Positions 14,601 through 26,900 of a DNA stretch of 64,000 nucleotides are shown here, one piece after another. The position numbers and the translations under genes were made by a program. The DNA is taken from NCBI GenBank assembly GCA_964106915.2, contig OZ066924.1. One strand, 5' to 3'. Each line of letters starts with the position of its first letter. The first letter of the stretch is position 1. The stretch comes from Podarcis gaigeae. Its lineage: Eukaryota. Under the pieces are notes generated by a model that did no database searches, was not told the origin of the DNA, and saw only the letters and a program-made list of their open reading frames with translations.

Positions 14601-16256
14601 ATGCAATTAACCACTGCAACTAGAACATGCACATATAAAGGAAAGTAAGGACAGTTCTGTTACTCTCATTTGCTACACTCACTCCCTGACCTTAAGAAGT
14701 CTAACCAAGTATTATCCCACAAACATTCAACCAATGATAAAGGCCATTTACTCTCATCTCTAGTACTAGAAAGTAACTTCATAGGGACTGGTGAGAGAAG
14801 CACTGCTGAAAATATGAAGAACAGCTTCGGGACAACAAGCAGCACTGCATTATTTATGCCTCATGTAGAGATGGAACTTTACTTACGTCAAACTCAAGAC
14901 ACTCTGTACATATCTAAGTTCTCCTGTAAGATTCACTCATCTGTCTTTCATGTATCAGATATTTAACATGCACTGATTTACTGCCTGATCCTAAGCAGAA
15001 CTATGTAAATTCGGGTCCACTAATGAATTTAGGCAAGACTAAATTGGCAAAGGAATGGCTGCTGGAATAAAGCAATTATTTCAGAATATGTCACAGAGGC
15101 ATGCTTATTCAAATGGCATCTAAAACCTGCAAGCACCCTCATTAGTAACACAGATAGTGTCTTAGAAATTCTTTTTTTTTTAGCCTGTAAAATATGTACA
15201 GTATAGGACCATAGCATATTATATATAGGCAGACTGTTATAATCACTCTAATTCCTAAAGACAAGAACAATAGCTTTACAGGTTTTTCAATCATATATTA
15301 AATATACAAGCATGTCTGTTACAAACACAGCTAAGCACATTTCAAAAAAATAACTCCAAAATTCAAGAGCAACTTAATGCTTTTGCTAAATGATTACTGA
15401 ACTGAGCCCTTTTGTCACTGTTCTAGATTAAGGTGTGTCAGAAACTGTATTACATTATTAAGTAAGGGATCTCATGCAGTCAAGGCAGGCACATTTGGGT
15501 GCTCTTTAATCCCACTTCTCAAACTGCAATCCAGTGAAAGCATACACCCAATTGGTCCCTTAAAGATTAATCTAGAAATCTAATGCTATTGAAATCATGA
15601 CATGTGGACTCAATATACATAAGATGTTCGTTGCATGCATCCCACATTAATGCAGGTTGCTGCCTGCAAAGGCTCATGTCACAATAAATAGATTCCCATA
15701 GTGTGCCCCCTTTTTTCTTTTTGCATGTTCGATAGTTTCCGTCACATTCTGAGTGCCGGAGCCTTGCTAAAATCGTGGCACCTAAAGTGGGGAGAGGGTG
15801 GCCAATATGAAGTGGGGTGGGGTGGGATCTTCTTTTTCAGGGATGGCAACTCCTAAACCGCAGCGATTCCCTCCTCTGCGTCTATTTGAAACACCCTTAA
15901 GAATAAGGTATGGCTTTCTTCCTTGGCATCTGAAGGAAGAAACGGGCGCTGGAAACAGTTCAAGGGAAGGCAATAGGGAGGTTAACCTATAAAGGAGCGA
16001 TTTTACCAAACGGCTACTCCCACCGCAGAAGGCAGGGCATGGCAGCTTAATGCACTTGTGCCACACAAAAGATATTGCGGCCAGGAGGAAAAAAGACAGC
16101 CAGACCCCCTCCCACCAGCGTCCTTCAGATACCACGCGGGGCGAACGGATCCCACCCGAGACGCTGCCGCCTTACTCCTTCGCAGGTGAGGCGAGGTCTT
16201 TCTTGCACGGGGTACCTGCAGAAGCTTCGGCCCGCGGAGACGCCCAAGGACAGCAT
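1..16256 (-). CDS. NLN: Neurolysin (M3 metallopeptidase), 5' part, coding exons 1-6; gene continues past the left edge
   Basis: join(16216..16256,10480..10736,9920..10068,2438..2545,1885..1987,<1..142). All junctions are GT-AG and frame-compatible. Translation [27 protein letters not shown]...[15 protein letters not shown]...[13 protein letters not shown]...GERNGLHLP...[13 protein letters not shown]...ALPDDFI...[16 protein letters not shown] matches neurolysin. Confidence 0.96.
569..1501 (+). mobile_element. CR1 LINE, 5'-truncated young copy (end of ORF2 RT plus 3' UTR)
   Basis: Stop-free 278-aa frame with [27 protein letters not shown] and RRLRGDMI; ends in the (ATTCTATG)n tail; antisense in NLN intron 5. 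Confidence 0.95.
1885..1987 (-). CDS. NLN: NLN exon 5
   Basis: 103 nt; [34 protein letters not shown]. Confidence 0.95.
2438..2545 (-). CDS. NLN: NLN exon 4
   Basis: 108 nt; [36 protein letters not shown]. Confidence 0.96.
2658..2678. repeat. (AC)n microsatellite
   Basis: Directly visible. Confidence 0.9.
3119..3257. mobile_element. Short hAT-type MITE (related older copies near 330-430, 1650-1755, 5165-5290, 22330-22460, 23510-23640, 35640-35760, 37760-37850)
   Basis: TIR CAGAGGTGGCTAACCTGT...ACAGGTTAGCTACCCCTG; degenerate 8-bp TSD CTTTACAA/CTGTAGAA; shared GATGGGAGTTGTAGTCC core. Confidence 0.75.
4144..4342. mobile_element. Tc1/mariner (Tigger/pogo-like) MITE
   Basis: TIR CAGTGGTACCTCGGGTT...AACCCGAGGTACTCCTG, TA TSD. 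Confidence 0.85.
7281..7520 (-). mobile_element. Sauria SINE (partial)
   Basis: aaaggtaaaggacccctg...gttaagtccagtca...gcgctcatctcgctt...gccgagggagccggc...gtggtacctatttatctacttgcac is the reverse complement of the Sauria SINE 3' half with an (ACCTTT) tail. Confidence 0.85.
9920..10068 (-). CDS. NLN: NLN exon 3
   Basis: 149 nt; [49 protein letters not shown]. Confidence 0.96.
10480..10736 (-). CDS. NLN: NLN exon 2
   Basis: tttacag|G GCA GGT...TCA G|gtaatt; [15 protein letters not shown]...ADIEVEYS. Confidence 0.95.
11243..11640 (+). mobile_element. RTE-BovB LINE 3' fragment with (AAC)14 tail
   Basis: [70 protein letters not shown] is the BovB C-terminus. Confidence 0.93.
13210..14100 (-). 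mobile_element. Degenerate L2 LINE relic (further L2-like 3' ends at 32130-32400 minus and 42540-42860 plus)
   Basis: gccattactgagaaggcc..gggatttaaaggttaaaaccag..gctgcattctgaaccagctg..gcacatta[MITE]cagtctaatctggagg resembles reverse-complemented L2 ORF2. Confidence 0.5.
13450..13713. mobile_element. Tc1/mariner MITE inserted into an L2 relic
   Basis: TIR CAGTGGTGCCCCGCAAGAC...GTCTTGTGAGGCACCACTG, TA TSD, repeated CGCAAGACGAA motifs. Confidence 0.88.
16216..16256 (-). CDS. NLN: NLN coding exon 1 (start of mitochondrial presequence)
   Basis: ATG at 16256, [14 protein letters not shown], 41 nt ending AG|GTACCC; phase fits exon 2; lies in the CpG island. Confidence 0.85.
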
Positions 16257-16559
16257 GAAGGGACGCCGAGGGAGGAAAAGCAGCCCCGCTCCCAGCCAAG
16301 GACGCCCCTCTCTCCGCTCCCACGCGCCGGCCGCTCCCAGCTCCCTTCGCCGCCTGCCGGGGCGCACGCACAGCTCCCCCCACGTGCGCCTGCAGCCGCC
16401 GCCGCCGCTTCGCGCGCTCGCCGCCCAGCCAAGCTGCGCATTCACTTCCGCCGGGCCAGGTCTCGTTCCCGCCGCCGCCGCGCGCGCAGGCGCGCCCCCT
16501 TCAGGCACGCGCCCGCCTTCCCTCACTCCCTTTCACACGGACGACAACAACGCCTCGGG

Positions 16560-16692
16560 AGCGAGCCGGGGACAAGTTTGTGCCTCACATAGCAGCGGCG
16601 GCGGCGGCGGACGAAAGCAGCTTGGTAGCGGACAGCCATTGCTCCGCCCGCCCGGTCTTCCTCCTCCTCCTCCTCCTGATCCTGCTGGCGCG
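16560..16692 (+). other. SGTB: Probable non-coding first exon of SGTB (start approximate)
   Basis: Strong donor GCG|GTAAGC at 16692/16693 inside the CpG island, facing away from NLN exon 1. Confidence 0.6.
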
Positions 16693-19282
16693 GTAAGCTC
16701 TTCTGCCATTGCCCTGCCCTTCTGCGTGGAGTGTGCCGCGCAAAAGCCGCAGAGAGGCGGCTGCCGCCGTAGCCGCCCGTGCAAGAAGGAGGGACGGGGA
16801 GAACATCTGGCTCTCCCAGATGTTGGTGCGCATGTTGGTGAGGAAGGGCACCAAGCATCCCCGTCGCTTTCCTTCTCCCTTTTGCAGGTCTTCGCCTCCA
16901 CCCCTCAGGTAGCTCGCCGTCTCCCGCCTTAGCGTCCGAGGCGAGCTCGGTCTGGCTCGCGCACCTGAGGTGGACGTAGCCTAGCCAGATGGAGAAAATG
17001 GGCGAGCGGAGGTGTTTGTGTCAGGTTTCCTAGGCGGGTCGCTGGCAGGGTTTCTCCCGCGTTGGGTACGCATTGCATGACTGTCCTCGGCTCGTGGGCT
17101 CCCAGCCCTGAAACTGTCCACCTGCCAAATGTGCGTGTTGTGGGTGAACCAAGGGGGGGCCTGCCGAAAGCATTCCCAAGGAATAACGTTTTCCGAAATA
17201 GAAGCGGCCAGTTATATAACTCCATAAAGTGCACCGGGGGATGCAAAATGCTGCCGTTATTAAGGACACGCTGCATCCTCCTGCGCTCGGCAACGTTTGC
17301 CTCAAGTGGGCTGCGCCATCATTAAAACAAACACACCGTTTATTATATGACAGCACTTCTTGCTTCGCCATTGGCTAGCAAGCCTTTGGATGCTCATCAT
17401 CAGCCTTAATAGTCCAAACAGTATTTTTAGCATCGGTATTATGAAGTCTTTTCAGGGTGAATTTGGCAGCGGGCGGTGGGGAGGAGGAGAACCTATGAAG
17501 TTGTACTGGGGAAAATTTCCCATAAGTTACATAATTTCTAACAGAAATGATGCTGGATGCAAATGAAGCTCTGAGTCAGCACTGTGTCACTAATCACAAG
17601 TTTGCATTGAGGTCACCATGTTCTAGTCTTCATCCTAAAGGGCTGGTCTATGTTGGAAGAAGACAGGTCCTATATTTATTTTCATAAAAGGGCATGTTTC
17701 CCTTTGCCATTTCCATCAGTTCAGCTGTGTGGTTCATTTAAAACAACAATGTGGAAAGCAATTTTGGGCTGCATTGGTAGGTGATAAATTATTATTAATA
17801 ATAATTTATTTCTATAGCAGCATCAGTGAGCATAGTGCTTTACAGAGTCCTTAAGGAAATTCCATACACTGGAGGTAGTTGGTGGATTTTTGGGGGGTGG
17901 GTGGGGCAGCTGCTGCTGTTTTCATCCTTTCATCTCTTGCCCAGGGCTAATATGCTTATGCATTGTGTAAATAACCATGGCCAGCCTGAGGCCTAGCTGG
18001 AATGTGCATGCGAGTTGCTGTAGGATGGTGATAGGAAGCGTTCAAAATATTTACTAGGAAGCTTCCTTTTACTTGCAAAATGTTTTATCGATTGTTGTCG
18101 TTTCATTTGTTTTTTGTTTCCCCCCTAACAATCTAAACTGCCTCGGGAATATCTAATTGAAAGATGGTTTAGACATGTTTTAAATAAATAAATAAAGTGC
18201 ATGCCTCAGCAAAACCCAAAATGCAGCCTCACAGTAGACATAAGATCCATAGTGACAGACCTGCTGTATTTCGTGAACATCTTGAGCCCAGCAACATGTA
18301 GTCTGAGTTCTTGTCTCCGGTGGTGAGTGCACTCATTCTTCAGCACTGGGACTTGGTTTGCCATTAAATGAAGAAAAGAGTTCCCTTAAGGATATGGAAT
18401 GTGCCAAGCCTCCTCCCAAACTCAGGCTTCAAGCAATTTCTAAAAGCTCATTTGGAACCCAAGCTCGACCCATCTTAACCCCCTCAAGGTTCACAGAATC
18501 TTAGCACTACGACTCGATCCCCTGGCCTCTGAGTATGAGCCACCAAGCATAGATCATAGATCATAATAGCCTCCATATGCCAGTAGTCCAGAAAATGTAC
18601 AACATTTGGCTGTCTGGTTTATCTCAATTTTATTGAAACATAAATTATTGTCTTCCCTTTGAACGCCCCCTCCTGCATTCATAAATAGACCAACACTTGA
18701 TATTGTTTCATTGGTAAAATTAGAGGGAAAATGACTATTACTCATACTTATTCTAAGTACAATCACAAGGGCTCCTGATTGGATGTTCAGCTATGGATGC
18801 TGAATGTTACCTGTTATCTCTGTTCTTTGTTTTTGTTTAAATTCACGAACCAAGAACTTACACATTGATCACTAATAATGAACCATATGTTGTAGGTATT
18901 ACTGAAAATTTATTATGCTATTTTTGTGATATACAAATGAAATAAGAAGACTTGGTATATTTATTTGTAGTATTATTCCTACGATCCTTGTTTATAAAAT
19001 CCAATAAAAGGTTATTAAAAATAATAGCCTCCATATTTTGAGAACTAGGGAGAACACTTGAACAGACCAGGAAACACACCCCAGTTCTGCTCTTTGGGGA
19101 AACTGTACCCAAACTGCAGCAACCTCTCTCTTTCTCACTTTAACCCCTCCCAGAAGTCAATATTGCAAGCCAACCGAATCCATGCATATAGTTGATAGAA
19201 CTACCGGTATGAATATGCTCCACCCCAATAGGCAGACAGTGTTGGGTAGCAATGCCAGCACAACCAGGTTTCTACCAGCATA

Positions 19283-19385
19283 AAGGCTGGCTCCCTTGGC
19301 CTGAAGTGAGATGAACGCTGCACCCCATAGTCACCTTTGACTGGACTTAACTGTCCAGGGGTCCCTTTACCTTACCTTTTTTACC
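19283..19385 (+). mobile_element. Sauria SINE 3' fragment
   Basis: ggctcccttggcc..gagatgaacgctgcaccccatagtc..tttgactggacttaactgtccaggggtccctttacctt. Confidence 0.8.
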
Positions 19386-20054
19386 ATAGGGTAGAAGAAA
19401 AGACCCAGAAGAAAAATCTAGAAATTCCAGAGTCAGGAAATTAATTTCTGTGTTGCGAAATGAAATCATTGTCTCTGCTCAGATCCAAATGAACAGAATT
19501 GGCCTACTTGATAAATTGTATATTGTTGATCGGCGCTTGGTTTCCTCCCTTTTGTGCCCATTTTTTTAAAAAAAGCATGATGTTTTCACTGATTTTCAAA
19601 TATATAAGGAAAAGAAAACAGAATAAAACCCACAATACATTGCACCCATTTGTATGCATACCTGCCAGCTGAGGGTACACTTTATGTCTCTGTTGAAGGG
19701 GCTTCTCTAAGCCACAAAAGTTTCTGTCATTATAAATTGGTTAGTCTTGGTATGCTGTGAGATTCTTAGTTCTTCCCTCAGTCCTCATGCAGGGAAATAG
19801 AGAGCTTAACAGGCTTAACTGCTTCCTGCATCCCCACATTTTGGCTCTTTGAAGTGCAGCAGTTGCATGTTGGGAGGCAAATCCCAACAAATCAGCTATG
19901 TGCATGATCGGTTGAAGCTCTTCTCTCAGCCTACAGATGGTAGCAAGGCAGAGGGGCAAAGACAGTTAAGAAGATAAAAGGTAATTTGATGAATTTATCA
20001 GTGCCCAAGGCCTGGAGGGCAGGGACCCTGTCTTTCTATAAGCACTCCTTATCC

Positions 20055-20495
20055 CAGGGGTCAGCAAACTTTTTCAACAGGAGGCTTTGTGGAGGGCCGG
20101 ACTATAAGCCATCCCCCCTGACTTTCCCCTCCCTTCTCCACAGCACTGGACGAGCCCTGGGGGCTGCTTACCTGTGTCTTGCGAGCTGCAGGGACTGGCG
20201 GCGGCAGCGAGGGGACAATGAGCAGTGCACGAAAGGGCTCCAGAGAAGGGCTGCTTAAAATGGCAGCCGCTTGAGCACTGCTGCTGCTGGCACCAACAAA
20301 GCCCAGCCCCCTTCCTCCTCTAGGCAGGGCAGGGAGAAGCCAGGAGGGAGGGAGGAGGTGCCGGCGCTACCACCGAGGGAAGGAGAGGGAAAGAGTGCGT
20401 GTGCGATTCCTGGACCATCCCGGACTATCCGCGGACCGGATCCAGAAGGCAATTGGGCCTGATCCAGCCCGCAGGCCTTAGTTTGCCGACCCACG
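20055..20495 (+). mobile_element. Non-autonomous hAT DNA transposon
   Basis: TIR CAGGGGTCAGCAAACT...AGTTTGCCGACCCACG; exact 8-bp TSD CCTTATCC. Confidence 0.9.
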
Positions 20496-20824
20496 CCTTA
20501 TCCCTTCCCTGTTTTGGTTTTTGGAGAGGAACAGCAATGGGGGAAAGCAAAAACGATTGGTTAATGAAATATTATTTAATTGATTTTTTTTTTAAAAAAT
20601 GTTGGAATGGGCAGAGCCCTATAGTATGTGATAAAGGAGTCTTCATTATCCACAACAAACTCTTCTAACCTCATCGCAATTCAGTAAAGTAGCATCCAGA
20701 AAAACTGTTGTTGAAATCTAAAAGCTTTTGCGTTCTCAGTTTTAATGGGTTTCCCTTTATTTCCTTAGAACTAATTTTATTGTTCTTACTTTTGTGATTC
20801 AGGGGAGCTTCACAAACCTTGAAA

Positions 20825-20924
20825 ATGTCTTCTGTCAAACGCCTTGTATATGCTGTCATCCATTTCTTGCGAGAACAGAGTCAGATGGATGCATTCACAT
20901 CAGATGAACAAGAAAGCTTGGAAG
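20825..20924 (+). CDS. SGTB: SGTB coding exon 1 (exon starts at 20803)
   Basis: [33 protein letters not shown]; acceptor gattcag|20803, donor G|gtttgt. Confidence 0.95.
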
Positions 20925-23900
20925 GTTTGTGGTGATGACTGAAGAGTCATGATGCCTGATGGAAGTGTTGATGTCAAATGTGTGAAAACCAAGAGAGGCA
21001 TTAAAGCTGTGTTTGTTTTATTCTGTGCTGGAGGTTTTCAAGCAGAGACACCTTGTTAGAAGATGACTAATAGCAGACAGACTTCCCAGAAAGACAGCTT
21101 GTCAAAACACAACCAATGTTCTCTTGCAGTGCGTAACCCCTGGAGAGAGCTGGGTCAGATTGCAGTGGGCAGCCAGACCTGGCGCCTGTTTTGTCTTCCT
21201 GAATGTTGGAAGATGCAAGACAGATAAGAGAAAGTACTTCTACATGCTGTGCATAGTTAAACTGTGGAACTCACTCCAACAGGAGGCAGTGATGGAAGCA
21301 GCAATGGACGCCAACTAGGGTGGCTTTAAAAGAGGATTGGACAAATATATAAAGGATAGCTAGCCATGATGGCTATGATCTGTCTCCATGATCAGAAACA
21401 GCAATGCTTTTAAATACCAGTTTCTGGAAACCACAAGAGGAGAGAATGTTCTTGTGCTCGGGTCTTGCATCCAGGTTTCCTGCAGGCATCTGAGCAGCCA
21501 CTATGAGAACAGGATGCTGCAGTAGATGTGCCATTGGCCTGATCCTCATGCTCTTAGTTTACATGGAGCAACAATGAGGCTCAGTTGGCAGGAAACCACA
21601 AACTGGGTGGGCTTGGTAGCCAAAAATTGCTTCTGGAGGCTGGTGAGGCTCATCTTTCTTGCTTCATACACAACAGAGGCACAGTAAAGTCTTCCATGTG
21701 ACATGCTTAGATCAAAAGCAAGGATAGGGAGGTTTAGCTCTAGGTCTGTCCCTCCATGTTGAGGGAATTTCAGCTGGGAGTGGCTCCCATCCTGCCTGTA
21801 GTCAACTGCAGTTTCGCAGGGTACTTCCTACCCGAGAGTTGAAAGGAGATGATGGCAAAACCATAGTTCATTTGGGAGCCATCTGTGGGCCAACAGCAGA
21901 TTCATTATATACATGAAATTGTCTTATTCTGCACTGGTTATAGATGTGTGATTGCTAGGCTGTAAATGAACTGACCTGGACCCTGAGATCATCTGAGGCA
22001 CTGCTTCATGTTCCTCCTCCACAGGAGGTTTGGAGGATGGCAACACAGGATCAAGTCTCTTCAGTGGTGGCCCCCTTTTGTTCAGAACAGTGAACTGCAG
22101 TACTTGCATAGGCATAACCCAGCAAGATAGAGTCAAATGGAATTGACATGCTGAGGGATTAGAAAATTTGTGCTTGATTAGACAGTATAATTTTTCCCAG
22201 TGTAAGCAATCCAAGCATACAGTGAGATTAAGTAGCAGGGAAAGAGATATATTAAAGCTCAAGCAGAGCATGAAGCAATATAGCTTCATGAGAAGCTATA
22301 TTGAGAAGGCTATGGATCAGGCTATAGATAGGGATGGGGAACATGGGGCTTTCCAGATTTTTTGGGCTCCAACTCCCATTATCCCCAGCCAGCATTGCCA
22401 CTGGTCAGGGGTGGTAGAAGCTGAAGTCCAACATTCATCTAGCACGTCACAGGCTTCCCACTTGTGACATATATATATAGTGTGTGTGACTGGTTGCACA
22501 GATTGAGGGCATAGACAGGAATAGGAAGCTTATATAGAAACAAAGAGGAGGAGTCATGACCTATTAAGCAAAGTGAGTGCAGCAAGATGATGGGACTAAT
22601 CAGGCAGGCATCACAAATTGCATAGCAATCAAGGCCCTTTGTATGACTTACAAGACCTTTTACACGCTCCTACATAAATATATGGGAATTCTGAGTTCCT
22701 TGGCACAGCACGTACCTTGACCAGCAGAGTACCAATTCCTAGTATGGGCAGCAGGAATTGAGCAACTTCATGCATGGAAGAATCTGCAGTAGAAGTCCCT
22801 TCATCCTCCGCCTTGCCTTACTCCCAGTCGTAATATATGGGGGTTGGCGGGAGGTGGAGCATCTATGGTGCTCTTCAAGTGGTGATGCCACTCCCCAGGA
22901 ATGGGAGAGGCAGGGCAGAGGTCCAGGGAACTCATGAGCTGGCAGTGGCTCCACAGATGTGCACCTGTGGGCTGCTTCTATTTTGGAGGGGGCCCCCACT
23001 ACTTACTGTTACCCTGTTGTGCCCTTTTCCCCATGCCAGTGAATGCTGCTCTGCCCTTGTGTCATGTGCCACTCTGCCATACTCCCTTGTTTTTCACAGG
23101 TTTTTTCTTAACATCAAATGCAGTTTTGCTGGGGGGATATGTATTCGGGGGGTTTTAGGCCTTGCGGGCCTGCAAAGATTGAGGGTGTAATTCCATGTTG
23201 AGCCTGCTGGCATGGAAAGCATCTCAGCAATAAAAAAGAAAGCAGCTTGGCTTTTTGTTAGGAAAAATTTGTTAAAATAAATGAACAATTGACAGGTGGT
23301 GTTTTTTTTTGAAAGGTTTGGAAATAATTCCAGGTTAAAAGTTTCCTTTTCCAAAACAAAAGCCGTGTAGTGTAGTAAATATACAGTGTTGTACTCAGTT
23401 TGGGGAAACCCAGGTTAAAATCCAACCTGAACTGCAAATCTTACCAGCTAACGCCAAGCCCTAACCTCACAGGTTTGTTGTGAGAGAGTATCAGTATACA
23501 TTAGCTTCCTGCATCATGGTGTCCCTCTAAATGTTTTGTGCTATAGCTCTCATCATCCTAGGATTATTGGCCATGCTGGTTGCAACTGATGGGAGTTTTG
23601 GTCCAAAACAGGAGGGGGCATCAGTTTGGGGAAGGCTGATGTACATTACCTGAAATTTTTGGAGTAAGGGGTAGGAGAATAGTGAAGCTGTTGCAATAGT
23701 TTTACTACAAAACATGCTCATTATTCTTTAACAGCAAAGTAACTTAATAACGTTGATATCCTATAAAACCATTCCGAATTCCAGAAAATTGTTTGGAAGT
23801 ATCACAAACCTAAATAAAATTTTATTTGAAACCATTTGTTTATTTTAGACTGTTCTATCCCAGGAGGTCAGAGTGCTTTATAGCAATTGCAAACAGATGA

Positions 23901-26900
23901 TGCAGTTTGTTCTAGAAGGCCCGTTATTATTTTAGAAACTCTGCACCTTTGGTACTAATGGAAGTTGTGCGGATGGCATGTTCGTTTGTTTTTCTTGCTT
24001 GGATAACACATGCACTTTTGTTAAATCAAACATTTTTGTGACGTTAAAGAGAGAGAAATAAATATTGCAAGTTATCAAGATAGGCCCAGTCTGTCCTTAT
24101 TTAGCCATAGAGAGGAATCATTGCCCAGCTCTTGTTGCCTGTTGGAAAGAGTTGACACTGTAGGAGTACATGAATGTGGTTGGTCTCTGATCGGTATAGA
24201 AACAAGCCCAATTCAAACCATGGGTTCTCCAGCTGACTTGATTAGTTTGTTATAAATTTCAGTCCTCAGTCCAGATGACACAACAAGCCAAGTTTCAGGG
24301 AAAATAAGCCTAAATGCTGCCAAAGTTGTGGGGCAGGAAGCTGGTTTGTGTGAGCCTAAGGATCCCCTCAGGCTTGTTCTAGGTCAGGCTCATAGTGTTA
24401 AACCATGGTTTACCGTTTCTTGTGAAAGTGGCCAAAGGGTGTAGTTGACTTAGAAACTAGGAAGACATGATACAAACAGCCACACCATTATTTTTCCCAT
24501 ATGAAGTACATTTCCAAAGAAATTCTAATCCAAATTGCCTTTTGATGGAGGCTGAGAAAGCTGACTAGTACTTATAATAACTACTTAAATCTATAAGTAC
24601 TTATTGATGAAGCACGTTCCTGTGGCCAGGTTCGTCAACTGAGTCTGGGTCAATTGGTGTTGACGGAGAGAAGGCAGTGCTTTATTGATCCATTACATGT
24701 TATATTTGCTGATTTGCACAGATTTAGCTGCCAAAATCCACCTCTGATTTCTTTCAAGTTCTTTGGTTTCTGCCATTAATATCCTGCCTTTCTTCTATCA
24801 TGGCATACATATGGTCACCCTTCCGCAATAGTGGGTTTGATTCTGGTGTTAGTGAATTGTCATTATAAGGCAGCAACCATGGAATGAAGAATTTGTGTTA
24901 CTCGTATATATTGGTAAATTAACAGGTGGTTTCCTTTTTTAAAAACAAAACAAAACATATTTCTCTACAGTGGCAATTCAGTGTTTGGAGACAGTCTTTA
25001 AAATTAATTTGGAGGATTCCCATCTTGCAGTACCTATACGTTTGATGGAAATGTTTGAAGATTCTTGTCACAAGGTAAGATTGTATTGGAGCAGATATGT
25101 TTATAACTTAAATAATTTTAACAGGGCACAGTTTTTGTTTTCTTAGACTGTTTTAGTTCTAGCATGTTAGTTGAAGAAAAGGGACTAGTGGTCTGGTTCA
25201 GACAATCATATCTGCCCTTAATAAGCTAAGAACAAAGAGCCTCACATGCAACTCTTTTTCTACTGCTTTTGCAACACACCTGGATTCAATGAAGAAGCCA
25301 CCAATGAACCATAGTTTGAACAGGAAAACTTGGTGGTCACCATCTTTGGAGCAAGCCAGAATCTAAAACCATGTGTTGAGGCTTACTTAAATTTGTAGTC
25401 TTGTTCCATCCTGTCTTGTTCCAAGGCTGGTAAGTATAGTCTCCTGGTTTGGACAGGAGACTACCGTGTTGCATTCAGGCCAGTAAAGGGTAGCAGAACA
25501 AACTGCATGTGCAGGTACAAGGTTCATTCATATTTCATCTTATTAAGCCAAAATAATGATTGTTAAAACACTGGTAATCTCTCAAAAGAGGCTTCAGTAA
25601 TAAGTAAATATATACGTACAGATGAACTAAAAATGAATAAATACGCAGTAGTCACTATCCTGATATGTGTGTGCCAAGTTTTTACTTGAAAGCAAGTGTT
25701 TAATTTTAAAATAAATTAGACTTTTATATGGGTACAAACGTTCTGAGGGTCAGGTACCTGTTACTGAGTTAACAGCTAGATTGAGCTGCATGCAGGAATC
25801 TGCATATTTATTAAACAGGTTTTGCAATATTCACCACTTGTTTTGGGCAAAAGACAGTCACGTGCTCAGATAGATAATCAATGTTGTAGAAGATGACTGC
25901 ATGCAACTGAGTCCAGCATGGATCTCTGCACTTTCACACCCAAGAGCTGAATGTTTTGTTTTAAAACCCAATGCAGTAAATGCAATTCATACTTGAATAT
26001 TCCAAATTACTATATTATTTTGATTGGTGTCTCAGTTCTCTGATGCACTTAAAAATGAGAGTCATATCCTTTATACCAACTGATTTTTCTTGACCTTTTT
26101 TAGATTATTCATCTGTACCATGCAGAATAAGCTAATATTAGCTTATTAGCCTTCTCATTGCTGATAGGCCCACTCTGGCTAAATTTCCATTTAAGACTGG
26201 TAATAGAGGTAGCTAAATCTAGATAAGATTATTTTAAAAATGAGATTTACCTTTCTTTAAAATTCATATAGAATGAGATACTGCCTCTCTCAGATTCTTT
26301 GCCAGAGGATCTTGAGAAAGCTGACCAGCTGAAGGATGAAGGTATGTAACTGAGAAGAAGTAAACATACCATTCCATTTTGCCATAGCTTTCGTAGTTCA
26401 GTTGTCGGCCATATTGAAGTATGGTTCATGAATGATGCGCAGCTATTCAGGCTTCTAGCCAACCCTGTTAGTAGAGAACTGTTGCGTATTGCATTAGATG
26501 CTGTATAATAGAAAGGAATAGTCTGCTAGCTGCTCTGAAGGAAATGAAAAAGCACAGGAACACTTAAATTTAGAGCGCAATCCTTACTTGGAAGTAGGGC
26601 TGCAAAGTTAGTGAGCTGGACTCGTTCAATTAAAAACTTCTAAACTACTAAAAAGGTTCCCTCATTTAATTGGGCAGCAGTTAAAATATATATTTTAATA
26701 CAAACTTGTATAAAAAGCTGTGGGTGAGTAGTTCAGTCTTGGAAGAGGCAGTCTCCCTTCTCTCTTACACAGAGAGTGTGTGTCTTCTGAGATAACTGCT
26801 ATTAAACAAGGGAGGAATTCAATGTCACACTCTTGAAATTGCTCCGTCAGCGTAATATTTTCAGCTTGCCGGATGGAATAATCCTCCATTCTCCTCCCTC

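Larger units (their letters stand above)
16000..17300. promoter_or_regulatory. CpG island / bidirectional promoter NLN-SGTB
   Basis: Very GC- and CpG-rich. E-box CACGTG at 16381, NRF1-like TGCGCA/GCGCGCGC at about 16435 and 16480, ETS/GABP CACTTCCG at 16443-16450. NLN ATG (minus) and SGTB first donor (plus) are about 440 bp apart. Confidence 0.85.

Noticed and set aside
16930-17010. Possible upstream alternative NLN first exon (minus-strand CAG|GTGCGC at 16965)
   Set aside because: Weak donor and no supporting ATG or homology; the 41-nt exon at 16216-16256 already fits phase and length
16003-17371. Many long overlapping ORFs (up to 285 aa) on both strands
   Set aside because: Expected from stop-codon depletion in a GC-rich CpG island; low-complexity Pro/Arg/Ala content. 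Only 16216-16256 fits a real exon.
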